This document shows, piece by piece, positions 29,670 through 39,553 of a DNA stretch of 64,000 bases (position 1 is its first letter; the number at the start of each line of letters is the position of its first letter). The stretch lies in the NCBI GenBank assembly GCA_041483895.1, contig JBGPGO010000012.1, positions 32,001-96,000 of the forward strand, given 5' to 3'. The stretch is from Fimbriimonadia bacterium (GTDB lineage: Bacteria; Armatimonadota; Fimbriimonadia; Fimbriimonadales; JABRVX01). The notes beneath the pieces were generated by a model. It was given only the letters and a program-made list of their open reading frames with translations, was not told the origin of the DNA and made no database searches. A program made the position numbers and the translations under genes.

Positions 29670-29732
29670 ACGGATATTCTACGTCCTGTATCCTATGGTG
29701 CAACCCATGTAAATATACTTGCTTCGCGCCTA

Positions 29733-29762
29733 TTGACCTCGCGGCATCCACCGCGCTACACT
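29733..29762 (+). promoter_or_regulatory. Sigma70-type promoter upstream of mgtE
   Basis: TTGACC-18 nt-TACACT. Confidence 0.55.
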
Positions 29763-29793
29763 CTCTGGCTTGTACTTTTGGCCAATTAGTTTC

Positions 29794-29849
29794 GTAGGCG
29801 CGGGCCGACTTGGCGAAATCGGTGCAAATTCCGACCCCAGGGGCCCGCG
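29794..29849 (+). repeat. Single long-loop GTAG element
   Basis: GTAGG-CGCGGGCC-35 nt-GGCCCGCG. Confidence 0.8.
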
Positions 29850-29997
29850 TTGCAGCTAGGAGAACAGACCTTCAATCCTATGAGCGACGACGAGAATAGG
29901 CGCCGACTTCTGAGCGCGTGGAGGTACGCCCCCCGGGCGTAACGCGGCCGCACCGGCCTCCCCGCGCGAATTCGTCTGCGCGGGAAGGAGACCCAGG

Positions 29998-31350
29998 ATG
30001 CGGTTCGATCGAGAAACCCTGGTCGAGAATATTCGGCGGCTCGCCACCGTGCGGGACCGACGCTCGATTCGCCGCGCCTTGGCCACCGCCCAGCCGATCG
30101 ACATCGCCGAAGCCATTCAGCGCTCGAAAAACCCGGAAGCCGCCCGCATTCTCCAGGCCCTGGAGCCGGCGAAGGCGTCGGAAGTTCTCGTCGAGCTGCC
30201 GCCCCAGACCGCCCGCGCGCTCGTCGTGGCGATGCCCGCTGAAGTGATAGCCGCCTACTTGGACGTGCTGGAAATGGACGACGCGACGGCGCTGATCGAC
30301 GACCTGCCGCTGGAGGACAGGGAGACGCTACTGCAGGCGATCCCACCGCAAGATGCGGCGGAAATCCGCCGCCTGCTGGGCTATCCGCCGGACACCGCCG
30401 GCCGCGTCATGACGGAAAACTTTCCGTGGGTGATGCCGGATTGGACCGCCGCGCAGACCCTTCAGTTTTTGCGGGACCAAAAGGGAAAGTTCGAGCAGAC
30501 CTACTACCTGTATGTGACCGAAGAGGCGGGCGCACTGCTCGGCGTGTGCACGCTGCGCCAGGTGGTGGAGGCCGATCAGGACGATCACATTGGGGAGCTG
30601 ATGACCCGCGACCTGGTCACCGTCGCGCCGGAGACCGACCAGGAAGAGGTTGCGCAACTTATTGCCCGCTATGATTTTCTATCTCTGCCGGTTGTCGATC
30701 GCGATGACCGTCTGCTCGGCATCGTCATGGTGGACGACGTCATCGATATTTTGAAGGAAGAAGAGACGGAGGACGTGTACAAGCAGGCAGCGGTCACTGG
30801 CGGACCGGAGCCGTATCTGTCGCTGGGCATTTGGCAGTTGGCGCGTCGGCGGTTCGGCTGGCTGGTATTGTTGGAGGTCGCCAGTTTCCTCACAGCCTTG
30901 GTGCTGCAGGCCTACCAGCGCGAGGTTGGCGAGATGGTGGCGCTTTCATTCTTTATCCCGATGCTGATCGGAACCGGTGGCAATGCCGGATCGCAGGCCG
31001 CGACGATGGCAACGCGCGCGATCGCGCTGGGGGAGCTGAAATTCCGCGACTTTTGGCAGGTCCTCGGCCGGGAGCTGGTGACGGGGCTGATGGTCGGCGT
31101 GTTGCTGGGAGGCGTTGGGTTTTTGCGCGCAAATACCATGCACGTTCCCGCGACGCTGCCTTTAGTGGTCATGATGTCGCAGGTGTCGATTGTGGTGTGG
31201 GCGACGACTGTGGGGGCGCTGCTGCCGCTGTTCGCGCACCGCGTGGGCTTCGACCCGGCGCTGATGAGCTCCCCGGCGCTGGCGACATTGGTGGACGCGA
31301 CGGGCCTGCTGATCTACTTCCAGATCGCGCGATATGCGTTGGGATTGTGA
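29998..31350 (+). CDS. mgtE: Magnesium transporter MgtE
   Basis: YPPDTAGRVM, CBS pair, GTGGNAGSQ and DPALMSSP...VD motifs. Confidence 0.95.
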   Translation: MRFDRETLVENIRRLATVRDRRSIRRALATAQPIDIAEAIQRSKNPEAARILQALEPAKASEVLVELPPQTARALVVAMPAEVIAAYLDVLEMDDATALIDDLPLEDRETLLQAIPPQDAAEIRRLLGYPPDTAGRVMTENFPWVMPDWTAAQTLQFLRDQKGKFEQTYYLYVTEEAGALLGVCTLRQVVEADQDDHIGELMTRDLVTVAPETDQEEVAQLIARYDFLSLPVVDRDDRLLGIVMVDDVIDILKEEETEDVYKQAAVTGGPEPYLSLGIWQLARRRFGWLVLLEVASFLTALVLQAYQREVGEMVALSFFIPMLIGTGGNAGSQAATMATRAIALGELKFRDFWQVLGRELVTGLMVGVLLGGVGFLRANTMHVPATLPLVVMMSQVSIVVWATTVGALLPLFAHRVGFDPALMSSPALATLVDATGLLIYFQIARYALGL

Positions 31351-31357
31351 TAATTCT

Positions 31358-31544
31358 CCCTTCACAGTCCCTACTGTGAAGGGGTCAAAATCCCTCAATA
31401 ATCACATTATTGAGGGGCTTCTGTTTTCACCTTGGCCCAGCAAGCGTGGAGGGAAAATCTCCGCCGCGAGAGCCGACGGCAACTTCCCATTGCGGTTCGT
31501 CAATGGCAATGCCGACCTCTCCTCAACAAATTGATTGTTGAGGA
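31358..31544. repeat. Three CC(T)TCA...TGA(A)GG hairpins
   Basis: CCCTTCACAGT-CCCT-ACTGTGAAGGG (31358), CCCTCAATAAT-CAC-ATTATTGAGGG (31392), TCCTCAACAA-ATTGA-TTGTTGAGGA (31520). Confidence 0.75.
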
Positions 31545-31551
31545 ATTGCAC

Positions 31552-32043
31552 TCACCACTTGTACGGGTTGTCACCGCGAAACCAAAGGTAGGAAACAAGT
31601 TGGCCAACGTGATACCACTCGTGAGCCGCTAGGCTGCGAAACGCCTCCGATGGTGGGACAGCCGGGAGGCGCAGCGATTCGAACCACTTTGGCGGAAATG
31701 GGATCGGCATGGACAGATCGGTCTCACTCAGCGAGTCTAGGTAGGCTAGAGTTTTGGCTCGTGTTGAGGCGAGGACGGATCTCAACCCCTCCAGCGTTTT
31801 GAGCGCGTCGCCAAAGTCGGACGCCTCCTCGTATGGCACGTGCCGCTTGTCCCGCATCCAGCCCACGATCTGAACCTCGGTGGCCGCAATCTCCTCCAGT
31901 TGCCCACCCACGGTCCGCATCCCTTCGCTAGGCGCCCACGCAAGCATCTCGTCGCTCAGCCGCCCCAACACATCATCCAAGTCCTCTCGCACCAGGGAGA
32001 GGCGAGCGGTGAGTAGTTCGTGCAGAGTGGGATCGTCTATCAT
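31552..32043 (-). CDS. DinB-family protein
   Basis: WAPSEGMRTVG and AHEWYHVGQL..YL motifs. Confidence 0.85.
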   Translation of the reverse strand: MIDDPTLHELLTARLSLVREDLDDVLGRLSDEMLAWAPSEGMRTVGGQLEEIAATEVQIVGWMRDKRHVPYEEASDFGDALKTLEGLRSVLASTRAKTLAYLDSLSETDLSMPIPFPPKWFESLRLPAVPPSEAFRSLAAHEWYHVGQLVSYLWFRGDNPYKW

Positions 32044-32151
32044 GGCTACGATTGTGGCCGAAAGCCGCGGCGACAGCAAGGCTAGGAAATCATCAAACGC
32101 CCCAAGCAGACAAGCCTGAGAGGGAGCGGATCTCTCCTTGTTTCATTTCAT

Positions 32152-32248
32152 GCCTCAACTGGTCCACCTGTTGAGGCGCTCCGGACAGCAGTATTTATTA
32201 TACGCCATCCTTCTCCCTTCACAATCCCTATTGTGAAGGGGCTTCCAT
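32152..32248. repeat. Two further hairpins of the same family
   Basis: GCCTCAACTGG-TCCA-CCTGTTGAGGC (32152) and CCCTTCACAAT-CCCT-ATTGTGAAGGG-GCTTCCAT (32215). Confidence 0.75.
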
Positions 32249-32320
32249 TACCGTGTTGTGTTGCCATACTCATCCAGACCGTGGTACCTTCTGTGACAGT
32301 CAGAACAAAGGACAGGACCG

Positions 32321-32548
32321 ATGGATATCAACGAAGCGCTGTGGCAGGACGAAAACCGTGTGAGTGGAGCGGTCTGTTTTCGCGGCACTCGAATACCGGT
32401 CTCCATCCTTTTCGATTACCTCGAGACCGGCAGCTTAGAAGAATTTTTTCGCGGTTACCCTGACGTAAGCCGCGAACAGGTTCATGCGGTTCTCGAAGCC
32501 TCCAAGGAGCTGGTCTCCGAACGCCTTGCTTCGAGTCAGGCACATTGA
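32321..32548 (+). CDS. DUF433-family protein (putative antitoxin)
   Basis: SGAVCFRGTRIPVSILFDYLE.G.LEEF...YP.VSREQV motif. Confidence 0.9.
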   Translation: MDINEALWQDENRVSGAVCFRGTRIPVSILFDYLETGSLEEFFRGYPDVSREQVHAVLEASKELVSERLASSQAH

Positions 32549-32663
32549 GAAGGTAGTACCTGTACTTATTGAGTCCACAGTCGATTAACGTACCTGCAAC
32601 TACCAGTTGGCAAACGTAATTGCGCGCGAGTGTCTGCCTAGACAACATGCGAGATCGAGAAAC

Positions 32664-32910
32664 GTAGCCGCGGTTCCTCGTTCTGAACCGTGATCGAATC
32701 GGCAACCCCAAGACCCGCGCTTTACCACGTTGTACGTATTGACAACATTTCGATACTTTCACCGTGGTCACGCGCAGGTTTTGTTCGTGGCGATTCGGAA
32801 GGGGTATCAGAACGAGAATCTGCGGCTACGAATTACCAACGAAGAAGCGGTCCCGGTAGACGCGGGCCGAGTTGCCGACATCCCGCCAGTGACCGATTCC
32901 AGGGCCCGCG
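32664..32910. repeat. Long-loop GTAG inverted doublet (32664-32829) plus a single copy (32856-32910)
   Basis: GTAGCCGCGG...GACCCGCG / CGCAGGTT...TCTGCGGCTAC; GTAGACGCGGGCC...GGCCCGCG. Confidence 0.8.
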
Positions 32911-32936
32911 TTAACCTGTTCCCAACTCTCATAGCC

Positions 32937-33485
32937 CTAGCGTTCGGGCGCGGAAAGGCCCTCTATTGATATTGGTTGTTTTGGATACCAAACCTTTGCT
33001 CGTGATTCCTTGACAAAGGCCGGGACCCTGTAATATCGTTCATCTAGTGGCCGGACGATGCAGCTCCCACGAACAGCATCCCCGCCGCGCTTGACGTATC
33101 CGCCTGCGTTCACTGCAACCACTTCAAATCCTACACTGTCCCTCGGCCTTAGTACTACCCAGTCCTCGGCCACTGGCTGAGACAACTTAGAATTCTCGAG
33201 ATAGGCATCTAGGTCCGTGATTCTCCGCCCATCTTGTCTATAGAGTCTGACCTCATAAATAAATGGATACCGTGTCAAGGCTATCAAACCATCTGTATCG
33301 TTCTGTACCGACATCCTGTACTCATCGCGATGGCGATCGAAGGTAACCACAGCTTGAATGCCGGTGGTCCTAGAAACTGAAGGCTCTTGCGTGCGCCGAG
33401 GATTCGAAGTACAGCCGCATATTAGCGCTACCATCACGGTGATGGCGACGATGCTGCTTCGGAATAGCGGAGACGCCCTCATCAT
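32937..33485 (-). CDS. Lipoprotein, putative immunity protein
   Basis: Signal peptide with lipobox LICGC; ATGA overlap with the RHS toxin stop codon. Confidence 0.65.
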   Translation of the reverse strand: MMRASPLFRSSIVAITVMVALICGCTSNPRRTQEPSVSRTTGIQAVVTFDRHRDEYRMSVQNDTDGLIALTRYPFIYEVRLYRQDGRRITDLDAYLENSKLSQPVAEDWVVLRPRDSVGFEVVAVNAGGYVKRGGDAVRGSCIVRPLDERYYRVPAFVKESRAKVWYPKQPISIEGLSAPER

Positions 33486-34369
33486 GGGTGTCGAGCACAT
33501 TTGTTCGCTGGATCCCCTTCCCCATGCATAACCTCCAAAATGCAGCAGGCCATCAAATCATTGCACTGATAGCCTACAGGGTGATTCCCGTGCGCTACGC
33601 CACAACAGTGTCCCATCTCATGCAGGAGAGTCTCCGACACATTGTTAAGGTTGGGATCTCCATGAATATCACTGCACCCGTGCTGTGATAGGTTTGGATA
33701 GCAGAGTTCTATGATGCGTAGCGGGAAAAAACCGGACGGCAGGCACGTGTGGGCACAGGTGTTGGGACCGCAATCGGGTCCTCCACAGGTAACGATCCCG
33801 AAACCGGCACAAAACGAAAGCATGCAGTCAAGCACACCTCGGTCAAAGTGGCGACACGCTCCCCCACCGATTGCAACGAGACAATGATTGATCTTAAGTC
33901 TATCATCGTTTGTGAGATTTCCGAGCTTCTGACAAAGAGCTGCTACAATTGCAGCCACCTCACCAGGACAGCCAGGCGTAATAATCGGGTCCCGCCCAGA
34001 AGGATCGATCATTGAAGTAGGAACTCCCGCGCCGTATAAGAAGGTGCCGATTGACGGAGATATTGCATCCTTTGACAAGAACGCCCCTAGGTTTGGATCG
34101 AAGTATCTTGCCCGCAGGTAGTCGAGCCCGGAGCTGTCAGAGAAGTACCCATACGCACCAACGTATTGATACGGCGTCGGGGTCGAACCCACACGATTGA
34201 ACACCTCTCCATAGGCCTGGTACTCGAACTTGTCGGTGACCGAGAGGCTGGTCGTGTCGATGAGCTTCGTCGTGTTACCCAATGCGTCAAAGCAGTAGGC
34301 GGAGTGGACTCCACTTCTGGTTTCCGATACCAACTGGCCGTTTCCGTAGCTGTAGTTGACAACTCCCAT
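33482..34369 (-). CDS. Short RHS-core protein with a Cys-rich HExxH zinc-metallopeptidase-like toxin domain
   Basis: DALGNT, YQAYGE, YQYVGAYGY, YLRARYFDPNLGAFLSKD, PTSMIDPSG cleavage motif; C-terminal TLLHEMGHCCG..H. Confidence 0.85.
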   Translation of the reverse strand: MGVVNYSYGNGQLVSETRSGVHSAYCFDALGNTTKLIDTTSLSVTDKFEYQAYGEVFNRVGSTPTPYQYVGAYGYFSDSSGLDYLRARYFDPNLGAFLSKDAISPSIGTFLYGAGVPTSMIDPSGRDPIITPGCPGEVAAIVAALCQKLGNLTNDDRLKINHCLVAIGGGACRHFDRGVLDCMLSFCAGFGIVTCGGPDCGPNTCAHTCLPSGFFPLRIIELCYPNLSQHGCSDIHGDPNLNNVSETLLHEMGHCCGVAHGNHPVGYQCNDLMACCILEVMHGEGDPANKCARHP

Positions 34370-34620
34370 GACTAGTCCGTCCTCTCTTGCAGCACGGCTT
34401 CGCTATATGTCGTGTTCTTTCGCCCTGCAAAAAGCGGCTGTGGCAACCAACCTGGACCTGGCGACCAGTCCAGCATAACCGTATGTACCAATATAGACGA
34501 TTCAAAGTTCCCATTCGGTTTGCCAAAAAGAAAGAAAAGATCGTTCCTTTTTACACGCATTTTGACCCTGCAAGGCGAAGCCCTGACTGCAGGCTTGCCG
34601 GCTAGGTCGCCGTAGATAGT

Positions 34621-34656
34621 ATGGAAGGCCTTCACAATGGGGATTGTGAAGGGAGA
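34621..34656 (-). repeat. Inverted copy of the CCCTTCACAAT hairpin element
   Basis: Reverse complement TCTCCCTTCACAATCCCCATTGTGAAGGCCTTCCAT, nearly identical to 32212-32248. Confidence 0.8.
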
Positions 34657-34680
34657 TTGGAATTCCACAGCGACGACGGA

Positions 34681-34986
34681 TCACCACATACCTAATTCGA
34701 TCCGGCCGTCTTCGGTCACCTTTTCCATGGACCATGCCGGGTCGAAGGTCCAGTTGACGTTGACTTGGGTGATGCCGGGGAGGTCCTGCAATGCGCCACG
34801 GATCTCTTCCTCCACCTGCGGGCCGATGGGGCAGGCCGGGGTCGTCAGCGTCATCAGCACATCCACGACGCCATCTGGGGATACCGTTACGTCGTATAAG
34901 AGGCCCAGGTCCACGATGTTCACCAGAAGCTCCGGGTCGATGACCACCTTCAGCGCCTCTTTGATCGTCTCCGCGTTGATCAGCAT
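34681..34986 (-). CDS. sufT: Metal-sulfur cluster assembly factor (DUF59/SufT/PaaD)
   Basis: VIDPEL.VNIVDLGL.Y and MTLTTPACP motifs. Confidence 0.88.
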   Translation of the reverse strand: MLINAETIKEALKVVIDPELLVNIVDLGLLYDVTVSPDGVVDVLMTLTTPACPIGPQVEEEIRGALQDLPGITQVNVNWTFDPAWSMEKVTEDGRIELGMW

Positions 34987-35435
34987 CACTCCTCCGTCGA
35001 TATCATACCTCCCGATTTTTCCAGCGCCATCCGCAGCGTCGCCCACGGCAGCAGCGCGCATTTGATCCGCACCGGATAGTTCTTTACCCCAGACAGCGCC
35101 GACAAATCTTCATCTTCGTCCAATGGCTCGTGAGGATTGTCGGTCAGCATGCCCGTCACCTGCTCGATTCGCTCCCGCACCTCCGCCAGCGTTTTGCCCT
35201 CGATGGCCTCCGCCAACATAGACGTGGACGCCATGCTTATGGAACATCCTTTGCTGTCCGCGCCGACCGACACCACAATTCCGTCTTTGATCCGCAAGGT
35301 CAGCGTCAACTCGTCCCCGCACACCCGGTTGACGCCCTCCGCCTTTGCGTCCGGATTGTCCAACGGCGCATCATAGCGCGGGTCCTTGTAGTGGTCGAGG
35401 ATCACCTCGCGGTAGAGATCACTTTCAAGTGGCAA
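34986..35435 (-). CDS. sufU: SUF-type Fe-S assembly protein SufU
   Basis: LYREVILDHY, N..CGD, GCSISMAS and RIKCALLPW motifs. Confidence 0.92.
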   Translation of the reverse strand: MPLESDLYREVILDHYKDPRYDAPLDNPDAKAEGVNRVCGDELTLTLRIKDGIVVSVGADSKGCSISMASTSMLAEAIEGKTLAEVRERIEQVTGMLTDNPHEPLDEDEDLSALSGVKNYPVRIKCALLPWATLRMALEKSGGMISTEE

Positions 35436-36660
35436 CGGCGAACACCTGTCTCACGCGATCCATCGCCTCGGCCAATGTGTCCAGTTCCTGGGTCGTGGTG
35501 TAAAGATAGACGCTGGCGCGCGCGGTGCCGTGGAGGCCGAGCTTTTTGTGCAGCGGCTCGCAGCAATGATGACCGGCCCGGATGGCCACTCCCAGCTCGT
35601 CCGCCACTTGGCTCACGTCATGCGGATGCACTCCGTCCACGGTGAAAGAGAATACCCCCAGCCTGTCTTCCGGGGTGGTTGGGCCGATGAGCCGGACGCC
35701 GGGCATCCTTTCAAATAGGGATAGGCCGTATGGGACTAATAGGTCTTCATAGGTCCTATAATCGCCGATGCTTTCCAGAAAACGGATCGCCGCGGCGAAC
35801 GCTATGACGCCTTCGATGTTGGGCGTCCCCGCCTCGAAGCAGTGCGGCGGAATGTTCCAATCCGAATCCTCCCATCGCACGCGGCTGATCATGGAGCCGC
35901 CGAAGAGAATCGGCGAGGTCTCTTCCAAACGGTCGAAGCGACCGTACAGCACGCCGACGCCGGTGGGACCGCACATCTTGTGGGCGGAAAAGGCATAGAA
36001 GTCCGCGCCGAGTTCTTTCATGTCGAGCGGGAGATGCGGGGCCGCCTGCGCGCCGTCCACCACCACTACCGCGCCGATGTCTCTCGCCAGCGAGACCAGC
36101 TCCGCGACGGGATTGATGGTCCCAAGCACATTCGAGGCGTGCGGGAATGCGAGAATGCGTGGCCTGTCCGAGATCAGCCGCCGCGCCTCGTCCATGTCCA
36201 ATCGGCCCTCTTCGTCGATGGGTATGAATCGAAGATGAGAGCCGGTGCGTTGCGCCACAACCTGCCACGGGACCAGGTTGGCGTGATGCTCCATCTCCGT
36301 CAGCAAAATGGAGTCGCCCGGGCGCAGATGCGTCATCGCCCAGCCCTGTGCGGCCAGGTTCAGCGCCTCCGTGGCATTGCCCGTAAAGATAATCTCCTGG
36401 GCATCCGCGCCGATGTACCGTGCCACGGTCTCGCGCGCGCCCTCGAATGCGGCGGTCGATTCCTCGCTCAGTTTGTGCAAGCCGCGATGGACGTTGGCGT
36501 TGTACCTCTCATAGTAGTCGGTGATAGCGTCGATCACGCATCGGGGAGTTTGCGAAGTGGCCGCGCTGTCCAGGTAGGCAAGCGGCCTCCCATTTACCTC
36601 CCGTGAGAGGATCGGGAACTCGCGCCGCACCGCCGAAACGTCATATTTCGATGTAGACAT
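35425..36660 (-). CDS. sufS: Cysteine desulfurase SufS
   Basis: YLDSAATSQ, EHHAN, DGAQ, SAHKMCGPTG and RAGHHC motifs. Confidence 0.95.
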   Translation of the reverse strand: MSTSKYDVSAVRREFPILSREVNGRPLAYLDSAATSQTPRCVIDAITDYYERYNANVHRGLHKLSEESTAAFEGARETVARYIGADAQEIIFTGNATEALNLAAQGWAMTHLRPGDSILLTEMEHHANLVPWQVVAQRTGSHLRFIPIDEEGRLDMDEARRLISDRPRILAFPHASNVLGTINPVAELVSLARDIGAVVVVDGAQAAPHLPLDMKELGADFYAFSAHKMCGPTGVGVLYGRFDRLEETSPILFGGSMISRVRWEDSDWNIPPHCFEAGTPNIEGVIAFAAAIRFLESIGDYRTYEDLLVPYGLSLFERMPGVRLIGPTTPEDRLGVFSFTVDGVHPHDVSQVADELGVAIRAGHHCCEPLHKKLGLHGTARASVYLYTTTQELDTLAEAMDRVRQVFAVAT

Positions 36661-36946
36661 CATCTTCTTCTACGCGCACCAGATAGGTGTTGATGCCGAC
36701 CGTCGCGGGCAGGCAGAGCACGCTGCCATCGCGTATATCGAACCGCGCTCCGTGCCGGGGACATTCCACCTCGTACCCGTCCAGCGACCCTTCCCCCAGC
36801 GGCCCGCCGTCATGGGTGCAGACATCGTCAAAGGCATAAAGCCGGCCCTCGACGTTCCCAATCGCCACCCGCTTTTCGAACACGGCAACCACTTTCACAT
36901 CGCCTTCGGGGATATCCCCCACGGCGGCCACCCGCACCATCGCCAC
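36641..36946 (-). CDS. Rieske-type ferredoxin
   Basis: CTH...CPRHG motifs. Confidence 0.9.
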   Translation of the reverse strand: MAMVRVAAVGDIPEGDVKVVAVFEKRVAIGNVEGRLYAFDDVCTHDGGPLGEGSLDGYEVECPRHGARFDIRDGSVLCLPATVGINTYLVRVEEDDVYIEI

Positions 36947-38148
36947 TACTGGTACCTCTTCACGATCCGATTGGAAACTTTGCCGCGAATCAATTCATCC
37001 AAATCTCCCAATGCGGCCTCGTCCACCACCTGCTCCAAAAACCCTTCCACGATCATCCGCTTGGCTTCCTCTTCTTGTATGCCGCGCGTTTGCATGTAGA
37101 AAATTTGCGTCTCGTCCACCGGGGCGACCGTCGCGCCGTGGGTGCAGCGCACGTCGTTGGCGAGAATCTCCAAATTCGGGATCGTGTCGGCGTGCGACTC
37201 ATGGCTCAGCAGGATGTTCTTGTTGCTCTGGTAGGCATTGGACTGCTGCGCGCCGTGCTCGATTCGGATCATGCCGCTGTATGTGGAACGCGCCTTGTCG
37301 GTCAGCGCAACTTTGTATAGGATGTTGCTCGGCGTCTGCCCCGCCGCGTGATGCTGGACGGTGTGATGATCGAAAACCTGCTCGCCCGACCCAAACACGA
37401 GACCGAACAGATCGCTTTGCGCCCCCCGCCCCGCCAACACGGCCTCAATCGTCGCCTTCGTCAGCGATGAGCCAAGACCCAAAGTAAGTGATATGAACTT
37501 GGCATCCTGCCCAATTTCGGCGCGCATGTGGTGGAAGTTAAAGACGTTCTTCCCCCACCCATTAAGGTGGATGTACTTGACCTCCGCACCGTCCCCCACA
37601 AACAGATCGACGATGCCGCACGACATGCGCGATTCATCGAAATCCGATGAGGCGTGTTCGTCGAAGATCGTCAACTTTGCGCCGGCCTCCACAACAACGA
37701 GCAGCCTAGGGCAGAACAGCCGCGTCGTGCCGAACTCCGCCAAAAGATGAGGAACAACGACCTCCACGTCTTTTGGAACATAGACGAAAATCCCGTCCGT
37801 CCATAACGCGCGGGCGAGAGAGGTGAATTTCAGATCCACACGATCCTGCGGGAAACGAACCAGGTGGTCGCGCACCAAATCGGGATGCGTTTCGAGCGCC
37901 GTGCGCAGATCGGCCACGATCACGCCGTTTTCTTGTGGGGCGATCGGTTGCGCTTTGCCGATCAGCGATCCGGTCGCCACCATCTCGTCGAACTGGATGC
38001 CGGTGACATCGGTCTGCCTCCACCCTTTGTCCGTCCGCAATGGCCATCGGGTCGCGGAAAAAACCTCCCATGCCTCCCGCCGCGCCGCCTGCGCCCAGTC
38101 CGGACCGGTAAATGACTGTAGTGGATCGAGCGCCGCGATATTAGCCAA
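36946..38148 (-). CDS. sufD: Fe-S cluster assembly protein SufD
   Basis: [18 protein letters not shown]; position in the operon. Confidence 0.92.
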   Translation of the reverse strand: MANIAALDPLQSFTGPDWAQAARREAWEVFSATRWPLRTDKGWRQTDVTGIQFDEMVATGSLIGKAQPIAPQENGVIVADLRTALETHPDLVRDHLVRFPQDRVDLKFTSLARALWTDGIFVYVPKDVEVVVPHLLAEFGTTRLFCPRLLVVVEAGAKLTIFDEHASSDFDESRMSCGIVDLFVGDGAEVKYIHLNGWGKNVFNFHHMRAEIGQDAKFISLTLGLGSSLTKATIEAVLAGRGAQSDLFGLVFGSGEQVFDHHTVQHHAAGQTPSNILYKVALTDKARSTYSGMIRIEHGAQQSNAYQSNKNILLSHESHADTIPNLEILANDVRCTHGATVAPVDETQIFYMQTRGIQEEEAKRMIVEGFLEQVVDEAALGDLDELIRGKVSNRIVKRYQ

Positions 38149-39553
38149 CCGACCCCTCCATCTCGAGCTGGATCAGTCGGTTCAGTTCCACGGCGTATTC
38201 CAGCGGCAGCTCTTTGGCGAACGGCTCGAAGAAGCCGTTGACGATCATCGTGGTCGCTTCGCCCTCGCTCAGGCCGCGGCTCATCAGATAGAAAAGCTGC
38301 TCTTGGCCGACCTTGCTCACCGTCGCCTCGTGCTCGATGCTCACGCCCGGCTCGTCGATCTTCATCGTCGGGTAGGTGTCGGTGCGGCTCTCTTCATCCA
38401 TCAGCAGCGCGTCGCATCGGACATTGCTCTTGGCACCGTGACAGCCCTTTTGGACTTCCACCAGACCGCGATAGGTGGCCCGCCCGCCGTCCTTGCTGAT
38501 TGACTTTGAGAGGACAGTTGATGTGGTATTGGGCGCGCAGTGAACCATCTTTGCGCCGGCGTCCTGGTGCTGATCTTTGCCGGCAAACGCAACCGAAAGC
38601 GTTTCGCCGCGTGCGCCCTCGCCCATCAGGAAGATCGCAGGATACTTCATCGTCAGCTTGCTGCCCAGGTTCCCGTCCACCCATTCCACCGTCGCGTTCT
38701 TGTAGGCGACAGCGCGCTTGGTGACGAGGTTGTACACGTTCTTCGACCAGTTCTGGATCGTCGTGTACCGCAGGTGCGCGCCTTCCATCGCTATCAGTTC
38801 GACCACGGCGGAGTGCAGAGAATCGGTGGTGTACACCGGCGCCGTGCAGCCCTCGATGTAGTGCACGCGGCTGCCCTTGTCGGCGATGATCAGCGTGCGC
38901 TCGAATTGCCCCATGTTCTCGGTGTTGATTCTAAAGTAGGCCTGCAGCGGGATCTCCACATGCACGCCTTCCGGAACATAGATGAAACTTCCGCCGGACC
39001 AGACCGCCGAGTTGAGCGCGGAAAACTTGTTGTCCGCGATTGGGATCACCGTGCTGATGTACTTCTTCACGATATCCGGATGCTCGCGCACGCCGGTGTC
39101 CATGTCGAGGAAGATAACGCCTTGGTCTACTAAACTGCTGCGCATCTTGTGATAGACGACCTCGGAATCATACTGCGCGCTGACGCCGGCGAGAAACTTT
39201 TGCTCCGCTTCGGGAATGCCGATCTTGTTGAACGTGTTCTTGATGTCATCCGGCACGTCGTCCCACGACTTCTCAGCGCGGTCAGACGGCTTTACGTAGT
39301 AGAAGATATTGTCGAAGTCTATGGCGTTGAGGAGCGCGGTGTTGCCAAAGGTTGGCATCGGCTTTTTGAGGAAGATGTCCAGCGCCTTGAGACGGAACTG
39401 GCGCATCCAATCCGGCTCACCTTTCATTTCTGAAATCGTTTCGACGATTTCGCGCGTAAGGCCCCTGCCGGATTTGAAGACAGACTTTTCGACGTCGTGA
39501 AATCCGTACTCGTAGTTGCTCCCGATATCCTGAATGATGGCGGCTTCAGACAC
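38141..39553 (-). CDS. sufB: Fe-S cluster assembly protein SufB
   Basis: [24 protein letters not shown] and EMEGSVG; GTG start behind a GAGG RBS. Confidence 0.96.
   Translation of the reverse strand: MSEAAIIQDIGSNYEYGFHDVEKSVFKSGRGLTREIVETISEMKGEPDWMRQFRLKALDIFLKKPMPTFGNTALLNAIDFDNIFYYVKPSDRAEKSWDDVPDDIKNTFNKIGIPEAEQKFLAGVSAQYDSEVVYHKMRSSLVDQGVIFLDMDTGVREHPDIVKKYISTVIPIADNKFSALNSAVWSGGSFIYVPEGVHVEIPLQAYFRINTENMGQFERTLIIADKGSRVHYIEGCTAPVYTTDSLHSAVVELIAMEGAHLRYTTIQNWSKNVYNLVTKRAVAYKNATVEWVDGNLGSKLTMKYPAIFLMGEGARGETLSVAFAGKDQHQDAGAKMVHCAPNTTSTVLSKSISKDGGRATYRGLVEVQKGCHGAKSNVRCDALLMDEESRTDTYPTMKIDEPGVSIEHEATVSKVGQEQLFYLMSRGLSEGEATTMIVNGFFEPFAKELPLEYAVELNRLIQLEMEGSVG

Noticed and set aside
29770..29997. 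M-box (ykoK) riboswitch upstream of mgtE
   Set aside because: No recognisable M-box conserved sequence; part of the region is a REP.
34372..34668. 98-aa ORF upstream of the RHS gene
   Set aside because: It starts beside and runs through the hairpin repeat and has no recognisable motifs; more likely an AT-rich promoter region.
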